NCBI GenBank assembly: GCA_035193785.1 | Contig: CP136572.1 | Coordinates: 1,120,001-1,184,000 of the forward strand | Origin: Planktothrix sp. GU0601_MAG3 | GTDB taxonomy: Bacteria; Cyanobacteriota; Cyanobacteriia; Cyanobacteriales; Microcoleaceae | DNA length: 64,000 nucleotides | Reading direction: 5' to 3' | Part shown: positions 44,487 to 55,768 of the stretch, in pieces | Position numbering within the stretch: position 1 is the stretch's first letter | How the letters are laid out: every line of letters begins with the position of its first letter | Notes under the pieces: generated by a model | Databases searched by the model: none | The model's input: the letters and a program-made list of their open reading frames with translations, nothing else | What the model was told of the DNA's origin: nothing | Made by a program: the position numbers and the translations under genes

Positions 44487-44979
44487 TTAAGCAGCTTGTC
44501 GTTCTTCCTGATCAAACCCGTGTAAAATTGGTTCCGGGCCGAATTTAGAAGTCACTCGGAGTAAACGGGGAATTTCAAAACTATTATAAACGCGAAACTC
44601 ACTTTGAACAGTAGCTTCTGCGGTTCTAACAGCTTGGTTTAATACCAACGAACCATCGGGGTCAGAAACAGAACGATGGAAGGTTTCCGGGGGGTATTCT
44701 CAAAATGTGACGGTTGGCATCTAATCTAACAATATGATAGGGATCTTTCCAAGAAAAATTAACTAAATAAAAGGTACGTCCCCCACTCACCGCTAACAAA
44801 TTATCCTCTTGATGGGGATGAAGATAAAATTGCCAATGTCCTGTTTCACTGTTATTCGGACTAATGGCTGGCCCCTCATGGAAGACTAAATCCCGGGCGT
44901 TGGAATTGGCAATAGTAATATCAAAAAAACGGACACTGGGGGTATCGCGGAATTTGTGAAAGGGGATTAATTCAAACAT
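44487..44979 (-). CDS. Cupin-fold (RmlC-like) conserved cyanobacterial protein (frameshift at GTTTC 44683-44687)
   Basis: FYLHPHQEDNL and corrected LRIPPGTFHRS cupin motifs. Confidence 0.75.
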
Positions 44980-45128
44980 ACAGATTTTATTTAGGTTATT
45001 CGTTTTTTTGCTAGTTGTCCCTAGCTTAGTCACACTTGTTCAAACAATCAAAACCTATTGAGCATAGTTTCTATGCGGAAACCGAATAGATATGTCGAGA
45101 AGGAGAGGGGGAATTTTTAAGCTAAGAT

Positions 45129-45230
45129 GTAGTGAGTCCTTTAGGACTCTCTCAGGAAGCCCTGAAGGGCTTACTACGATTGGTAGTGAGTCCTTTAGGA
45201 CTCTCTCAGAAAGCCCTGAAGGGCTTACTA
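45129..45230. repeat. REP doublet (REPIN-like) family B, two tandem copies; third copy at 46455-46500, half copy at 26846-26868
   Basis: GTAGTGAGTCCTTTAGGACTC(TC)TCAG(G/A)AAGCCCTGAAGGGCTTACTAC: two GTAG-tailed hairpins in inverted orientation. Confidence 0.88.
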
Positions 45231-45254
45231 CGGTTTGGAATTGGAGGCAGTCCG

Positions 45255-45851
45255 ACGGTTTATACTCGTCCCTTAGCTCGACTCATTGAGCAATTACAGC
45301 ATTTACCCGGTGTGGGGCCAAAAACCGCCCAACGCCTAGCGCTGCATATTATTAAGCGTCCTGATGAAGATGTGCAAGCCTTAGCCCAGGCGTTATTGGA
45401 TGCTAAACAGCAAGTGGGTTTTTGTAAGGTTTGTTTCCATCTCTCGGCTGAACCCGTTTGTGATATTTGTCGTCACCCCCAACGCGACCCCGATACAATT
45501 TGTGTGGTCTCCGACTCCCGGGATGTCATCGCTTTGGAAAAAACCCGGGAATATAAAGGCAAATATCATGTTTTGGGTGGGGTAATTTCCCCGATGGATG
45601 GGGTTGGCCCCGAACAATTAACCATTCAACCCCTAATCCGTCGGGTGAGTCAACAACAGATTAAAGAAGTGATTATTGCTATCAGTCCCAGTATTGAGGG
45701 GGAAACTACAACCTTATATATAGGTCAACTATTAAGACCTTTTACCAGAGTAACTAGAATTGCCTTTGGTTTACCGATGGGCGGCGAGTTAGAATATGCC
45801 GATGAAATTACCTTAGCCCGGGCCTTAGAAGGGCGGCGAGAGTTAGATTAA
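45255..45851 (+). CDS. recR: Recombination mediator RecR (probable non-canonical start)
   Basis: [28 protein letters not shown]4 zinc finger, [26 protein letters not shown]. Confidence 0.95.
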   Translation, partial: TVYTRPLARLIEQLQHLPGVGPKTAQRLALHIIKRPDEDVQALAQALLDAKQQVGFCKVCFHLSAEPVCDICRHPQRDPDTICVVSDSRDVIALEKTREYKGKYHVLGGVISPMDGVGPEQLTIQPLIRRVSQQQIKEVIIAISPSIEGETTTLYIGQLLRPFTRVTRIAFGLPMGGELEYADEITLARALEGRRELD

Positions 45852-45913
45852 AACTGACACCCACCCGCCCAGAAACCGGGTTTCTGTCTTATCTTAGAAT
45901 TCCGATAGGCATT

Positions 45914-46448
45914 ATGAAGTCAGTCACAAAAATCCCACTCCCAGAGTTTCTCTCTCAACCTAATATTGAGGCGTCTCCGGCATGGGAATTGATTAATGGA
46001 CAGGCAATTCAAAAACCGATGCCAACGCTGTTTCACTCACGGTTACAACGCAATCTTGTTAATTATATTAATGATCATACCGATCAGTTTGAGGCCGTGC
46101 AGGAGTTACGCTGTCTTGTACCTCCCTACTCCCCTGTACCCGATATTGCTATTATTAGTTGCGATCGCCTTGCCGATGAAGACGGGCCATTTAACGGAGC
46201 GCCAGATTGGTTAATTGAAATTCGCTCACCGGATCAAAATACTTTAGACTTACAGAAAAAGATTCTCCACTGTCTCAGTAACGGAACACAATTGGCTTGG
46301 TTAATTGATCTATCTCGTCAACAGGTTTGGGTCTGGCAGGGTGATGAATTACCATTAGTTTGTTCAGGTATAGACATTTTGCCGACCTTGGGTAATATAC
46401 CGGAAACTTACGGTTGAGGCGGTAATGGCGATGACTCGACGCCAATAA
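45914..46448 (+). CDS. Uma2 (DUF820) family endonuclease-fold protein (frameshift at GAAAC 46403-46407)
   Basis: ELINGQAIQKPMP, VPDIA, APDWLIEIRSP, GTQLAWLID. Confidence 0.9.
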
Positions 46449-46716
46449 ATTTTGTAGTGAGTCCTTTAGGACTCTCAGAAAGCCCTGAAGGGCTTACTAC
46501 GGTTTAAAGTTCAAGAAACTGGGGATTAGATTCAATAGATTCTGGATAATTTTCTGGGTCTTGTTGATGATTTTGGAATCCTTGCAGTGCGAGCGTCCTC
46601 GCTCGTTAGGATATAAAGTGATGTACTCTATTTAAACTTTATATTTCATCCTTTAACTGGGGGGTTGTCACTCTAACTTTTGGGTTTATTTTAAAGCATA
46701 ATTCTATCAAAAACTT

Positions 46717-47061
46717 CTATCTCCAATGACCCCAAATATCTATTTCACCAGTTATTAAACTGTGTATGTAAATGGATATGCAAATTATAGCTCCAATGAA
46801 AGCTGTAATATAGTATGCAGAAACGCTACACATCGCTAAAGTAACACTTTCTGGTGCTCCAGACGCACGAAAAATACCTCCCAAAACTGTACAACCAAAA
46901 AAAAGCCACCCCACAGATCCTAATGCTGCACCGTAAAGCGCAAAAAGAAGAAGCATAACTGTATGAACAAATAATACCCAAGCAAATGGTAATAATGCAG
47001 CACCCAAGAATATCGCCAAAATGCCACCCACAATTAATGCAATTGAAGTTAGTATCCACAT
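46717..47061 (-). CDS. Hypothetical membrane protein
   Basis: 114 aa, almost entirely hydrophobic, ATG start; an overlapping alternative frame exists. Confidence 0.45.
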   Translation of the reverse strand: MWILTSIALIVGGILAIFLGAALLPFAWVLFVHTVMLLLFALYGAALGSVGWLFFGCTVLGGIFRASGAPESVTLAMCSVSAYYITAFIGAIICISIYIHSLITGEIDIWGHWR

Positions 47062-47247
47062 AGACGAAAACAGTATAAAATATAACTAAAATTTTCATCA
47101 TGGTAGCTTGCTCACTCGAAACTAAACAGTAAAAAAAGTTGGTAAAAGTTGGAAATTTTAAAAATTTAGATAGTGAAAGATTGCAAAAGTTGGAAAAAGT
47201 TGCTAAAAGATGAGTATACTCATAACAGCGATTTTACATTCCTAGCT

Positions 47248-47715
47248 ATGGAAACCTCCCAGATTTTGCAATTTGTGGATGAATCTGTGTATACCAATAC
47301 AGGCAAACATCTCAACGACTTGCAACGGAGAATTATTACAGGAATACTCAATCGGCAAAAGTATGCTGATGTTGCAGAAACTTACGCTTATAGTCCTAAG
47401 CACGTTAAAAAAGTAAGTCACGAACTTTTACAAATGTTGTCTGATGTCTTTGGTGAACCTGTAAAAAAAGGTAATCTTGAATCTGTTTTAGATCGGCAAA
47501 TTAACGTCACTATAACTTTAGGTGATAAAAATAATCGTAATAAAAATACTGTAAACATAGGTTCTCTTAACAGTTGTCCTGTCCCTTCTTCTTTTACTTC
47601 AGATCAAACTCAAGTTGAAACAATTGAGAAGTTAAGGCATTTTGGACTAAGTGATGAGCAAATAGCAGAGGCGTTAATGATCTCATTAGAAGATCTTAAA
47701 CCGATGAATTTGTAA
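47248..47715 (+). CDS. Cyanobacterial HTH protein (N-terminal domain usually seen on STAND/AAA ATPases) with a short C-terminal helical tail
   Basis: HLNDLQRRIITG…YADVAETYAYSPKHVKKVSHELLQMLSDVFGEPVKKGNL; tail FGLSDEQIAEAL. Confidence 0.7.
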   Translation: METSQILQFVDESVYTNTGKHLNDLQRRIITGILNRQKYADVAETYAYSPKHVKKVSHELLQMLSDVFGEPVKKGNLESVLDRQINVTITLGDKNNRNKNTVNIGSLNSCPVPSSFTSDQTQVETIEKLRHFGLSDEQIAEALMISLEDLKPMNL

Positions 47716-47952
47716 AGATAAATTATTAAAAACCTTCCCATCTAAATCTTCTCTAGGAATTGACTGATTATCAGCCCTTAAACTTTCAATATATAATTCA
47801 ATCGCTTCTGTAATATTATCAATGGCTTCTTCAAAAGAATCTCCTTGAGAATGACAACCTTTTAGAATAGGGCAAAAAGCATGATAACCGACCTCGGGTT
47901 CTTTTTGCAGAATAACGGTATAATTGTAAACTTGTTTATTATTGTTATCCAT
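47686..47952 (-). CDS. HicB-family antitoxin (no adjacent HicA)
   Basis: YTVILQKEPEVGYHAFCPILKGCHSQGDSFEEAIDNITEAIELYIE. Confidence 0.85.
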   Translation of the reverse strand: MDNNNKQVYNYTVILQKEPEVGYHAFCPILKGCHSQGDSFEEAIDNITEAIELYIESLRADNQSIPREDLDGKVFNNLSLQIHRFKIF

Positions 47953-48192
47953 AAGTTTTTAACTTGTTGGGAATCTACCTAATTTTACCTCGGCATCATT
48001 CTATTTAGTCCAAATGTATCCCAACAAACAGAACAATTTTTTGTTTTCCCCAACCCCCCCAACTCCCCCACAACTCCCCTGAACCAAGGTAAGCTGACAT
48101 AATAGGTTTTTCCCTCCCTTAATGGGCCTTCGTTGCCCTCGGAGACTGTAAAGCCCTAGGTATCTATAATTCATAACTCTAAACAGACTGCC

Positions 48193-51100
48193 ATGAATAC
48201 TCACACATTCCCCGAAAAACAGGGTTTATACGATCCACAATTTGAACACGACGCCTGCGGGGTCGGGTTTATTGTGCAGATGAAAGGAAAACAGTCCCAC
48301 GATATTGTGGAACAGGGGTTAACTATCCTACTCAACCTCGACCATCGTGGTGCCTGTGGTGCGGAAACCAATACGGGTGACGGGGCGGGGATTTTAATGC
48401 AACTCCCCCACAAGTTCCTAAAAAAAGTGGCGGCGGCGGAGAATATTACCCTACCCGCACCCGGTGAATATGGCGTCGGGATGATGTACGCCTCCCCCGA
48501 TACCAACGCCAGGGAAACCGGTCGCCGGATATTTGAGAAAATTGCGGCGGATGAAGGCCAACGGGTCTTAGGGTGGCGGGATGTACCGACGGATCATTCT
48601 TCCCTCGGAAATACCGCTAAAATGAGTGAACCCTTCATGCAGCAGGTGTTCATTCAAAGGGGTTCGGGCTTAGTTGATGATTTAGCTTTTGAACGCAAAC
48701 TCTATGTGATCCGTAAACGCGCCCATAGCGAGATCCGGGTAACGCAAATTGATTCCTATTTATATTTGTCGAGTCTCTCCGGTCGGACTATGGTATATAA
48801 GGGGATGCTTATGCCTGTGCAGGTGGGTCAGTATTACCCCGAACTCCATGATCCCGATATGGAAAGCGCCTTAGCGTTGGTTCACTCGCGCTTCAGTACC
48901 AATACTTTCCCCAGTTGGGAACGTTCCCACCCCTATCGTTATATTGCCCATAACGGCGAAATTAATACCCTCCGAGGCAATATTAACTGGATGACCGCCC
49001 GCCAGTCGATGTTAGCTTCGGATTTGTTTGGGGAGGATCTGAAAAAAATTCAACCCGTAATTAATATTAACGGTAGCGATTCTACCATTTTTGATAATGC
49101 CCTAGAATTGTTGGTCTTGGCTGGGCGATCGCTTCCCCATGCGGTGATGATGATGATCCCGGAACCTTGGACGGCCCACGAGTCCATGAGTGATGAGAAA
49201 AAGGCCTTTTATGAATACCATTCCTGTTTAATGGAACCTTGGGATGGCCCCGCTTCCATTGCCTTTACCGATGGCACAATGATGGGGGCTGTCCTCGACC
49301 GTAACGGTTTACGACCTTCGCGCTATTATGTGACTAAGGATGATCTAGTGATTATGGCGTCGGAGGCCGGAGTCCTACCGATTGAACCGGAACGAGTCGC
49401 CTATAAAGGCCGTTTGCAACCCGGACGGATGTTCCTGGTGGATATGGAACAGGGGCGGATCATTGCCGATGAGGAAATTAAGACTAAAATTGCTACAGAA
49501 CAGCCCTATCGAGACTGGATCAACCAGAACATGGTGGAATTGGCTAACCTCACAGACCCCGTAGAAACGCCCCATGGAGAGACGCGCCATGGCACGTCTC
49601 TACAGGATGGCTTAGTCCAACTACAAACGGCCTTTGGTTACACCTTTGAGGATCTGCGCCTGTTATTAACGCCCATGGCCCGGGATGGGGTGGAAGCGGT
49701 GGGTTCCATGGGAACCGATACCCCCTTGGCGGTGTTATCCGATCGCCCGAAACTGCTTTATGATTATTTCCAACAACTATTTGCTCAGGTAACAAACCCC
49801 CCTATTGACTCCATTCGGGAGGAAATTATTACGTCAGCGGAAACCACTATCGGGGCGGAAACGCAACTTATTAAAACCCGAACCGGAAAGTTGCCACCTG
49901 ATCGAACTGAAAAGCCCGATTCTGAGTAACGAAGAATTAGCTAAACTGAAATTTGTTAATGAAGACGGTTTTCAAGCCGTTACCCTGCCGATTCTGTTTA
50001 ACCCCAAAGATGGGGTAAAAGGGTTGGAAGCGGTCATGGAGGGGATTTTTGCCCAGGCTAACAAGGCAATTGAAAGTGGGGTAAACCTGTTGGTTTTGAG
50101 CGATCGCGGTGTTGACGGCAACAACGCCCCCATCCCCGCCCTGTTGGCCGTATCCGGTTTACATCACCACCTAATTCGTCAAGGGACTCGCACCCGGGTG
50201 GGTTTGATTCTCGAATCCGGTGAACCGCGAGAAGTCCATCACTATGCCCTTTTGGTCGGTTATGGTTGTGGTGCTATTAATCCCTATATGGCGTTTGAAA
50301 GTATCCACGACATGATCGAGCAAAAATTATTAGTCGGTGTGGACTATAAAACCGCCTGTAAAAACTACATTAAAGCCGCCACAAAAGGGGTGGTTAAAGT
50401 TGCTTCCAAAATCGGTATTTCCACCTTACAAAGTTATCGTGGAGCCCAAATTTTTGAAGCCATTGGTTTAAATCAATCGGTGATTGATCGATACTTTAGT
50501 TGGACGGCTACCCGGATTGAAGGTGCGGATTTAGATGTTATTGCTAAAGAAGCAATTCTCCGCCATACCCACGCTTTCCCAGAACATCCAGGTGATAGCA
50601 CCCATACCCTAGATGTGGGGGGTGAATATCAATGGCGGAAGGAAGGAGAAGCCCATTTATTAAGCCCGGAGGCGATTCATTCTTTACAGAAAGCGGTGCG
50701 CCTGGGGGATTATGAATTGTTCAAAAAATACGCCCAGTTGGTGAATGAACAAAACCAAAAATATTTCACCCTGCGCGGCTTATTGCAATTTAAAGATCGT
50801 CAACCGATTCCTTTAGAAGAAGTCGAACCCATTGAAGCAATTATGAAGCGCTTTAAAACCGGGGCGATGAGTTATGGCTCGATTTCTAAGGAAGCCCATG
50901 AAACCTTAGCGATCGCCATGAATCGGATTGGTGGTAAGTCTAACACAGGAGAAGGCGGCGAAGACCCAGAACGTTATACTTGGACAAACGAACAAGGGGA
51001 CTCGAAAAATAGCGCTATTAAGCAAGTCGCCTCCGGTCGGTTTGGGGTAACGAGTTTGTACCTTTCCCAAGCTAAGGAAATCCAAATCAAAATGGCTCAG

Positions 51101-52807
51101 GGGGCTAAACCCGGAGAAGGGGGACAACTTCCCGGACGCAAGGTTTATCCGCCCATTGCCAAAGTCCGCCACTCAACTCCGGGGGTAGGTTTGATTTCCC
51201 CCCCTCCTCACCACGATATTTATTCGATTGAGGACTTAGCCGAATTAATCCACGACCTGAAAAACTCTAACCGAGCGGCGCGGATTAGTGTGAAATTAGT
51301 CTCGGAAGTCGGAGTTGGAACCATTGCTGCGGGGGTAGCTAAAGCCCATGCTGATGTGGTATTAATCTCCGGTTTCGATGGTGGCACGGGGGCGTCTCCC
51401 CAAACTTCGATTAAACACGCCGGACTGCCTTGGGAGTTGGGGTTGGCGGAAACCCATCAAACCTTGGTGTTGAATAATTTGCGATCGCGCATTGCAGTTG
51501 AAACCGATGGTCAAATGAAGACCGGCCGGGATGTGGTGGTGGCTGCATTGTTAGGAGCAGAGGAATTCGGCTTTTCAACCGCCCCCTTAGTTACCTTGGG
51601 TTGTATTATGATGCGGGTGTGCCACCTGAATACCTGTCCGGTGGGTATCGCCACCCAAAACCCCCAACTGCGGGAAAGCTTTTCCGGTGATCCTGAGTAT
51701 ACCGTTAACTTTATGAAGTTCATTGCCCAGGAAGTGCGAGAAATCATGGCTCAGTTGGGTTTCCGCAGCTTAACGGAAATGGTGGGACGCACGGATATTT
51801 TGGAAGGGAAGAAGGCCGTTGACCATTGGAAAGCCAAGGGAATTGACCTCTCGAAAATCCTCTATCAACCGCAAGTTGGGGAGGATATCGGCCGTTATTG
51901 TCAAATTCCCCAGGATCACGGTTTAGATAAATCTATGGATATCACCGTGTTACTGGATCTGTGTAAACCCGCTATTGAGAAGGGTGAGAAGGTGGAGGCT
52001 ACCCTACCGATTAAAAATGTTAACCGGGCGGTGGGGACAATTTTAGGTAATGAAATCACTAAAAACCATTGGCAAGGTTTACCCGAAGATACGGTACATC
52101 TGCATTTCCAAGGCAGTGCGGGTCAAAGTTTTGGGGCTTTTGTGCCTCAAGGGGTGACGCTAGAATTGGAAGGGGATGCTAACGACTATGTGGGCAAGGG
52201 ATTAAGCGGAGGGAAAATTATTATTTATCCCCCGGCAGTTTCCACTTTTATCCCTGAAGATAACATCATTATCGGCAATGTGGCGTTATATGGCGCAACT
52301 CTTGGGGAAGTCTATATCCGAGGGTTAGCGGGGGAACGTTTTGGGGTGCGTAACTCCGGCGTGAATGCCGTTGTCGAGGGTGTGGGCGATCACGGTTGTG
52401 AATATATGACCGGAGGTAAGGTGGTTGTCCTGGGTGCAACTGGACGTAACTTTGCGGCGGGGATGAGTGGCGGTATTGCCTATATCTTCGATGAAAGCGG
52501 AGATTTTGCCACCCGTTGTAATACGTCCATGGCGGATTTAGAAAAGTTGGAAGACCCGGAAGAAATTAATCAGGTTTACCAATTAATTGCTAAACACGCG
52601 GAATATACCAAGAGTCAAAAAGCGTTGAAAATTTTAGCAAATTGGACGGAAATGATTCCGACTTTTGTTAAAGTGATTCCCCGGGATTATAAGCGGGTTT
52701 TGGAAGCATTAAAAGAAGCTGAAAAATCCGGTTTAACTGGGGATGATGCGTTAACGGCGGCGTTTGAAGCTAATTCCCGTGATGTGGCGCGGGTTGGCGG
52801 AAGTTAA
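48193..52807 (+). CDS. gltB: Glutamate synthase large subunit (frameshift at GAAAC 49858-49862)
   Basis: [76 protein letters not shown]. Confidence 0.95.
49561..49603. repeat. GTAG-type REP palindrome inserted in frame inside gltB
   Basis: GTAGAAACGCCCCATGG-AGAGACGCGCCATGGCACGTCTCTAC, translated [14 protein letters not shown]. Confidence 0.75.
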
Positions 52808-52817
52808 ATGTTATAAT

Positions 52818-52841
52818 AACAGGGGGCTTCGGCCCCTTGTT
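52818..52841 (+). terminator. Stem-loop after gltB (likely terminator or processing stem)
   Basis: AACAGGGGGC-TTCG-GCCCCTTGTT with a C(UUCG)G tetraloop, 10 nt after the stop; U-tract is weak. Confidence 0.65.
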
Positions 52842-52885
52842 GGACTGATGAATAACTGTATAAACGATTTTAATAGAAGGAAAAT

Positions 52886-53992
52886 ATGGGACTTCAGGAA
52901 GAAATTGACAGCATGAGACAAGAAATTAGAGCCGATGGATACTCGATGTCTATTGGGGAATGGATCAGTCTTTATGAAAGTGAAGAAATTGATATACACC
53001 CTGAATTTCAAAGATTTTTTCGGTGGACGAATACTCAAAAAACTAATTTTATAGAATCTATTTTACTGGGAATACCGACTCCACCTATTTTTGTATCTCA
53101 ACGTGAAGATGGAATTTGGGATGTTGTAGACGGTTTACAACGTTTGTCTACTATATATCAGTTTATTGGAAAATTAACAGATGAAAATAACAAACTTATC
53201 CCTCCTTTAGTGCTTGAAGGAACTAAATATTTACCTAATCTAAACAATAAAAAATGGCAAGATTCAGATGATTCCGAAAACTCTCTGACTCCATCTCAAC
53301 GTCTTTTGATAAAAAGAGCCAAAATTGATGTCAATATTCTATTAAAAGAAAGCGATAAGGTTGCGAAATATGAATTATTTCAACGATTAAATAATGGAGC
53401 ATCTCTAGCTACTCCACAGGAGGTAAGAAACTGTATTCTTGTAATGTATAATCGTGAAATGTTTAATTGGATGAAAAGTTTAAGTCAAAATCAATCTTTT
53501 AAAGAATGTATAGCTCTTGGTGATCGACTCAATGATGAACAATATGATTTAGAGTTACTGCTCAGGTTTTTAGTATTCCGTAATATTGAACAAAATGCAA
53601 TGAAGGGTATAAAAAATGATTTGGGAGAATTCTTGACAGATAAGATGGTACAAATGGCAGAGAATTCACAGTTTAATTATGAAGATGAAGAAAAAGCATT
53701 TAAGCAAACATTTTCAATTTTATATGAACAGATGGGAAGTGATAGTTTTCGTAGATATTCAGCTAATAAAGATAAGTTTATGGGAGGATTCTTAGTATCT
53801 GCCTATGAAGTGATTGCTTTAGGAATAGGTTATCATTGTGAACAGTTATCTAGCTCTAATTTCAACATAAGAGATAAAGTAAAAGAAATTTGGTCACGTC
53901 CTGAGTATAAAGAATGGTCAGGTGGAGGCACTAACGCGCAGCAAAGACTCCCGAAATTAGTTCCCTTTGGTCGTCAAATGTTTCAACCATGA
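52886..53992 (+). CDS. DUF262 (ParB/Srx-like, GmrS-type) domain protein
   Basis: PEFQRFFRW…FIESILLGIPTPPIF…VVDGLQRLST…LFQRLN…QEVRN. Confidence 0.9.
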   Translation: MGLQEEIDSMRQEIRADGYSMSIGEWISLYESEEIDIHPEFQRFFRWTNTQKTNFIESILLGIPTPPIFVSQREDGIWDVVDGLQRLSTIYQFIGKLTDENNKLIPPLVLEGTKYLPNLNNKKWQDSDDSENSLTPSQRLLIKRAKIDVNILLKESDKVAKYELFQRLNNGASLATPQEVRNCILVMYNREMFNWMKSLSQNQSFKECIALGDRLNDEQYDLELLLRFLVFRNIEQNAMKGIKNDLGEFLTDKMVQMAENSQFNYEDEEKAFKQTFSILYEQMGSDSFRRYSANKDKFMGGFLVSAYEVIALGIGYHCEQLSSSNFNIRDKVKEIWSRPEYKEWSGGGTNAQQRLPKLVPFGRQMFQP

Positions 53993-54655
53993 AAATACGG
54001 ACTTTAGAGCAGCTTAATAAACAGCTTTCGGATAAACTTGTATGGAGAAAAAAAGAGCTTTCATCTTTGAAAGCCATGATTGATTGGAAATCACCTTCTC
54101 TTGATCAACGCAACGTATTGCTTCGCAGCGGAATAACTATCCTTTATGCTCATTGGGAAGGCTTTATTAAAGTAGCAGCCAATAGTTATTTAGAATTTGT
54201 TGCTATGCAACGACTTCCCTATAATCAGCTTTCCAATAATTTTATAGCTTTAGCAATGAAAGATCAGTTAGATCAAGCAAGAGACACAAACAAAGCAACT
54301 ATATACTGTGAAGTAGCTGATTTTTTTATAACCAAGCTGACTGAAACGAAGCAGAATTAAATATGAAAATAGAATAGTGACATCTAATCTTTCATCATCC
54401 GTTTTTAAAGAGATAGTTTTTATGCTGGGTTTAGATTACTCTTTTTATGAAACAAAAGAAGTAATAATTGATGAAAAATTGCTGGCTAAGAGAAATAAAA
54501 TAGCTCATGGTGAGTATCTTGACATAGATGAGAATGATTATGATGAGTTGCACAGACAAATAATATCAATGATGGATCATTTTAGTAATCAAATAGATAA
54601 TTGTGCAGCTACAAAGCAATATTGCTGTAATGATGACAAACTGGGGCAAATTTAG
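53989..54655 (+). CDS. HEPN domain protein (MAE_28990/MAE_18760-like) (frameshift at GAAAC 54343-54347)
   Basis: WRKKEL…LRSGITILYAHWEGFIK…TSNLSS…LLAKRNKIAHGE (RxxxxH); ATGA overlap with the DUF262 gene. Confidence 0.85.
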
Positions 54656-54785
54656 TTGAATAAATATCAGTAAGAGCGGGTTTATTAATATTCCTGTGAA
54701 TTAACTCATATTATCTCGAACCAACCCCAACGGATGGTTAAAATTTGATTCAATTAATTAGGATTTATATATTAATGGATTTAAA

Positions 54786-54983
54786 CTAAGATAAATTCAA
54801 TATTTGCTTAACTTCATCTAAAGAAAAAGTAGGACTTTCTTGTTCTTCTTGTTGTGCTGTCCTTAAATCTTGTAAATCCTGTAAATCTTCTAACAGTTCT
54901 TGAATTTTCATAAATTCTTCACTGGGTAAAATGACAAATTCTTGACCATTTTTATTGATAAATTCAGGATTAAGTTGAATCAT
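54786..54983 (-). CDS. Putative antitoxin (small acidic protein)
   Basis: FVILPSEEFMKIQELLEDLQDLQDL…SLDEVKQIL; 12 bp downstream of the RelE gene. Confidence 0.75.
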   Translation of the reverse strand: MIQLNPEFINKNGQEFVILPSEEFMKIQELLEDLQDLQDLRTAQQEEQESPTFSLDEVKQILNLS

Positions 54984-54995
54984 AATATTCTCCGA

Positions 54996-55247
54996 TTAAT
55001 TATTATAAGATTTACTACGATGTTTAACTCGATAGATAACTAAGTTTTGTTCCTCAACTGCAAATAATACCCGATAATCTCCAACTCTTAAACGGTATTC
55101 TGGTGTAAAGTTTGTTAATCGTTTGACATCTCCTTGTAAATTATTTTGCATCCCTTCTATTTTAGCAAGAATTCGTTTCTGTAGTTCAGGCGGTAACGTT
55201 TGTAAGTCTTTAATTGCTTTTGGCTTAAATTGAATTTTATAAGTCAC
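54996..55247 (-). CDS. RelE/ParE-family toxin
   Basis: YKIQFKPKAIKDL…GDVKRL…YRLRVGDYRVLF…IYRVKHR. Confidence 0.9.
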   Translation of the reverse strand: MTYKIQFKPKAIKDLQTLPPELQKRILAKIEGMQNNLQGDVKRLTNFTPEYRLRVGDYRVLFAVEEQNLVIYRVKHRSKSYNN

Positions 55248-55768
55248 ATTTGTTACCTCATGTCCTATTCGCTTAAATCTTATATGAAAAAACCTGTATC
55301 AGCCTGAATATAGGCAAGTTTTTTAACAAATTCTTCACTCCGTTGAATCTCAAGAGACATGGGCTATATCCTCTCAGTCGTTCTTAATCCAGTATAGCGC
55401 GATGGGTTCTGCCCAGCCGAAGGCGATCACATAGCTACCGACCCAAACATCATACTTTTCTAAAAATAGCGATCGCTCTTGACCAAACTCAAAACCTAAT
55501 CGGTTATACTGGGTTTGTGTTTGAATTTGTACCCTAGAAATAGGTAGGATAAAAATTATGACAACAACGATTCAAGTTAATATTTAATTTGATAACTATT
55601 AAAAGTTTAGAAGAATAATGATAGGAAGAATTTTATCAAGATTTTATTCTGGATATTAAAAAATAACATAAATCTGTAGGGGCGGGTTCTCCCAAATCCA
55701 GTAAACTTTACCCAGATATTAATAAACCCGCCCGACCCAACTGTTATTATCTCTCTATCGGTGAATCT

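Noticed and set aside
45129..45230. Possible CRISPR array (48-bp direct repeats)
   Set aside because: Only two adjacent copies separated by ~5 bp, no unique spacers, no cas genes; dispersed copies elsewhere indicate a REP doublet
45132..45254. 41-aa N-terminal extension of RecR in the ORF track
   Set aside because: Encoded largely by the REP repeats; RecR homology and an SD sequence begin downstream
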